A stretch of DNA of 64,000 bases. It comes from an uncultured Desulfarculus sp. (GTDB lineage: Bacteria; Desulfobacterota; Desulfarculia; Desulfarculales; Desulfarculaceae). A model generated the notes under the pieces. It saw only the letters and a program-made list of their open reading frames with translations, had not been told where the DNA came from and ran no database searches. How positions within the stretch are numbered: position 1 is the first letter of the stretch; each line of letters opens with the position of its first letter. This document shows, one piece after another, positions 62,981 through 64,000 of this stretch. The position numbers were made by a program, and so were the translations under genes. The stretch is taken from NCBI GenBank assembly GCA_963665125.2, contig CAXXUK010000001.1:1216001-1280000 (forward strand), given 5' to 3'.

Positions 62981-63659
62981 AGGCAAAGGCCCTACCCAGC
63001 TCCCCCCAGGCGAACACCCCGAAATAAACGGCGAATATCAATAGCGCGGCGGCGCACACGCCCACCACCCACTTGTATATGTTGTCACTGAGCCAGCTGC
63101 GGCCCTTGCTCACCGTGGCCGAGACCAAACCATACCAGGCCAGATCGGCGCAGATGTGGCCAAAGTAAAAAGCCGCCAGGCCCCACAGGCCCCAGGTGCT
63201 GTTGCTGGCGGCCAATAGCAGACCCAAACCGACCGTGGCCCACCAGATAACAAAATACGGGTTGGCCGCGCTGAGGATCAGGCCGTCCCACACCGGATGC
63301 CGCCCCTGGGGCCCTTCCCCTCTCATGATTTCCCGCAGGCTCAAACCCGGCAGGGAACGCAACATGCCCAGCCCCATCCATAAAAGTACCACGCCGCCCA
63401 CCGCGCCGATGCCGCCCGAGACCAGCGGCTTGGTGATTATGGAGCCCAGGCCCAGGACAATACCCGCCAACAAGGCCACTTCAATGAGTCCGTGGCCGGC
63501 CACGATCAGCGGACCGGCCCAAAAGCCCCGCCGCACGGTGTGGGTTATGGTTACGGCCAGGACCGGGCCAGGCATCACCGCGCCGGACAGGCCGATGACA
63601 AATGAGCTAAGGGCCAGGCCACCCAGACCCATGCCGGTTTGCAGGGTTGAAAAATCCAC
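62979..63659 (-). CDS. LysE family translocator
   Basis: GLSGAVMPGP, GH..IE, ANPYFVIWWATVG, GHICAD..W. Confidence 0.88.
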   Translation of the reverse strand: MDFSTLQTGMGLGGLALSSFVIGLSGAVMPGPVLAVTITHTVRRGFWAGPLIVAGHGLIEVALLAGIVLGLGSIITKPLVSGGIGAVGGVVLLWMGLGMLRSLPGLSLREIMRGEGPQGRHPVWDGLILSAANPYFVIWWATVGLGLLLAASNSTWGLWGLAAFYFGHICADLAWYGLVSATVSKGRSWLSDNIYKWVVGVCAAALLIFAVYFGVFAWGELGRAFA

Positions 63660-63671
63660 TATCGGCCCAAC

Positions 63672-63878
63672 CTAGAAGTATTTGCACCAGGGTGCGTGGA
63701 CCTTGGTGTAGCCGATGACCGGGCAGTCGCAGTCCGTGTCGCACGACGGCGGACGGCAGGCCTTGAATTCGCCTTTTTTCTTATCCAGGCCCGAACATTT
63801 CGGGCACAGGCCCGGCTCATCGGTGGGCCGCCCGCACTCAGGGCAGTTGAACATCATGATGTCCATTGGCTGGCTCAT
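63672..63878 (-). CDS. Small Cys-rich protein
   Basis: AAGGA RBS; CPEC, CPKC, CxxxxCxxxCxC and a terminal WC. Confidence 0.6.
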   Translation of the reverse strand: MSQPMDIMMFNCPECGRPTDEPGLCPKCSGLDKKKGEFKACRPPSCDTDCDCPVIGYTKVHAPWCKYF

Positions 63879-63888
63879 GGTATTTCCT

Positions 63889-64000
63889 TTAGCTTCTTGG
63901 CGGGGCCAGGAAAAAGGCCTCGTACGCCTTCAGGGTGGCGAAGATGTCGGCCTTGTGGCTTATCTCAAACGGCGAATGCATCGATAGCAGGGCCGGACCG
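63889..64000 (-). CDS. M18 family aminopeptidase, 3' end (partial)
   Basis: Manual translation GPALLSMHSPFEISHKADIFATLKAYEAFFLAPPRS*; the G.ALLSMHS..E C-terminus is typical of M18 peptidases. Confidence 0.75.
   Translation of the reverse strand, partial: GPALLSMHSPFEISHKADIFATLKAYEAFFLAPPRS

Overview
GC-rich bacterial chromosomal window whose gene content and order suggest a deltaproteobacterium (Desulfobacterota); the taxon is inferred, not proven. Most of it is housekeeping: xerC-hslV...hslU-argBDFGH-lipoprotein-lysA, an EF-G paralogue with mogA, rpoH-TPR-LolB-like-Mut7-C, mgtE-recO, mrp-nifU, MoxR/VWA, a Na+/solute symporter, gatCA, pgi with an NtrBC-type pair, rarA and rpsU. Accessory pieces interrupt this backbone. 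(1) A pentapeptide-repeat gene and a B12-binding radical SAM gene split hslV from hslU. (2) An intact-looking IS481 (26-bp IRs, 7-bp target duplication) lies between an inverse-autotransporter-like gene and its terminator. (3) A ~1-kb segment with a sigma28-type promoter is bracketed by 19-bp direct repeats, one of which is the arm of a REP-like hairpin. (4) There are REP-like palindrome clusters. (5) The best candidate for an undescribed system is an AT-rich four-gene operon (48.3-50.6 kb) encoding a soluble protein, a coiled-coil protein with a C-terminal Gly-rich hydrophobic hairpin, and two paralogous small membrane proteins, which is a toxin plus tandem-immunity layout. I saw no rRNA, tRNA or CRISPR array. 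All calls come from motif recognition by eye; no searches were run.
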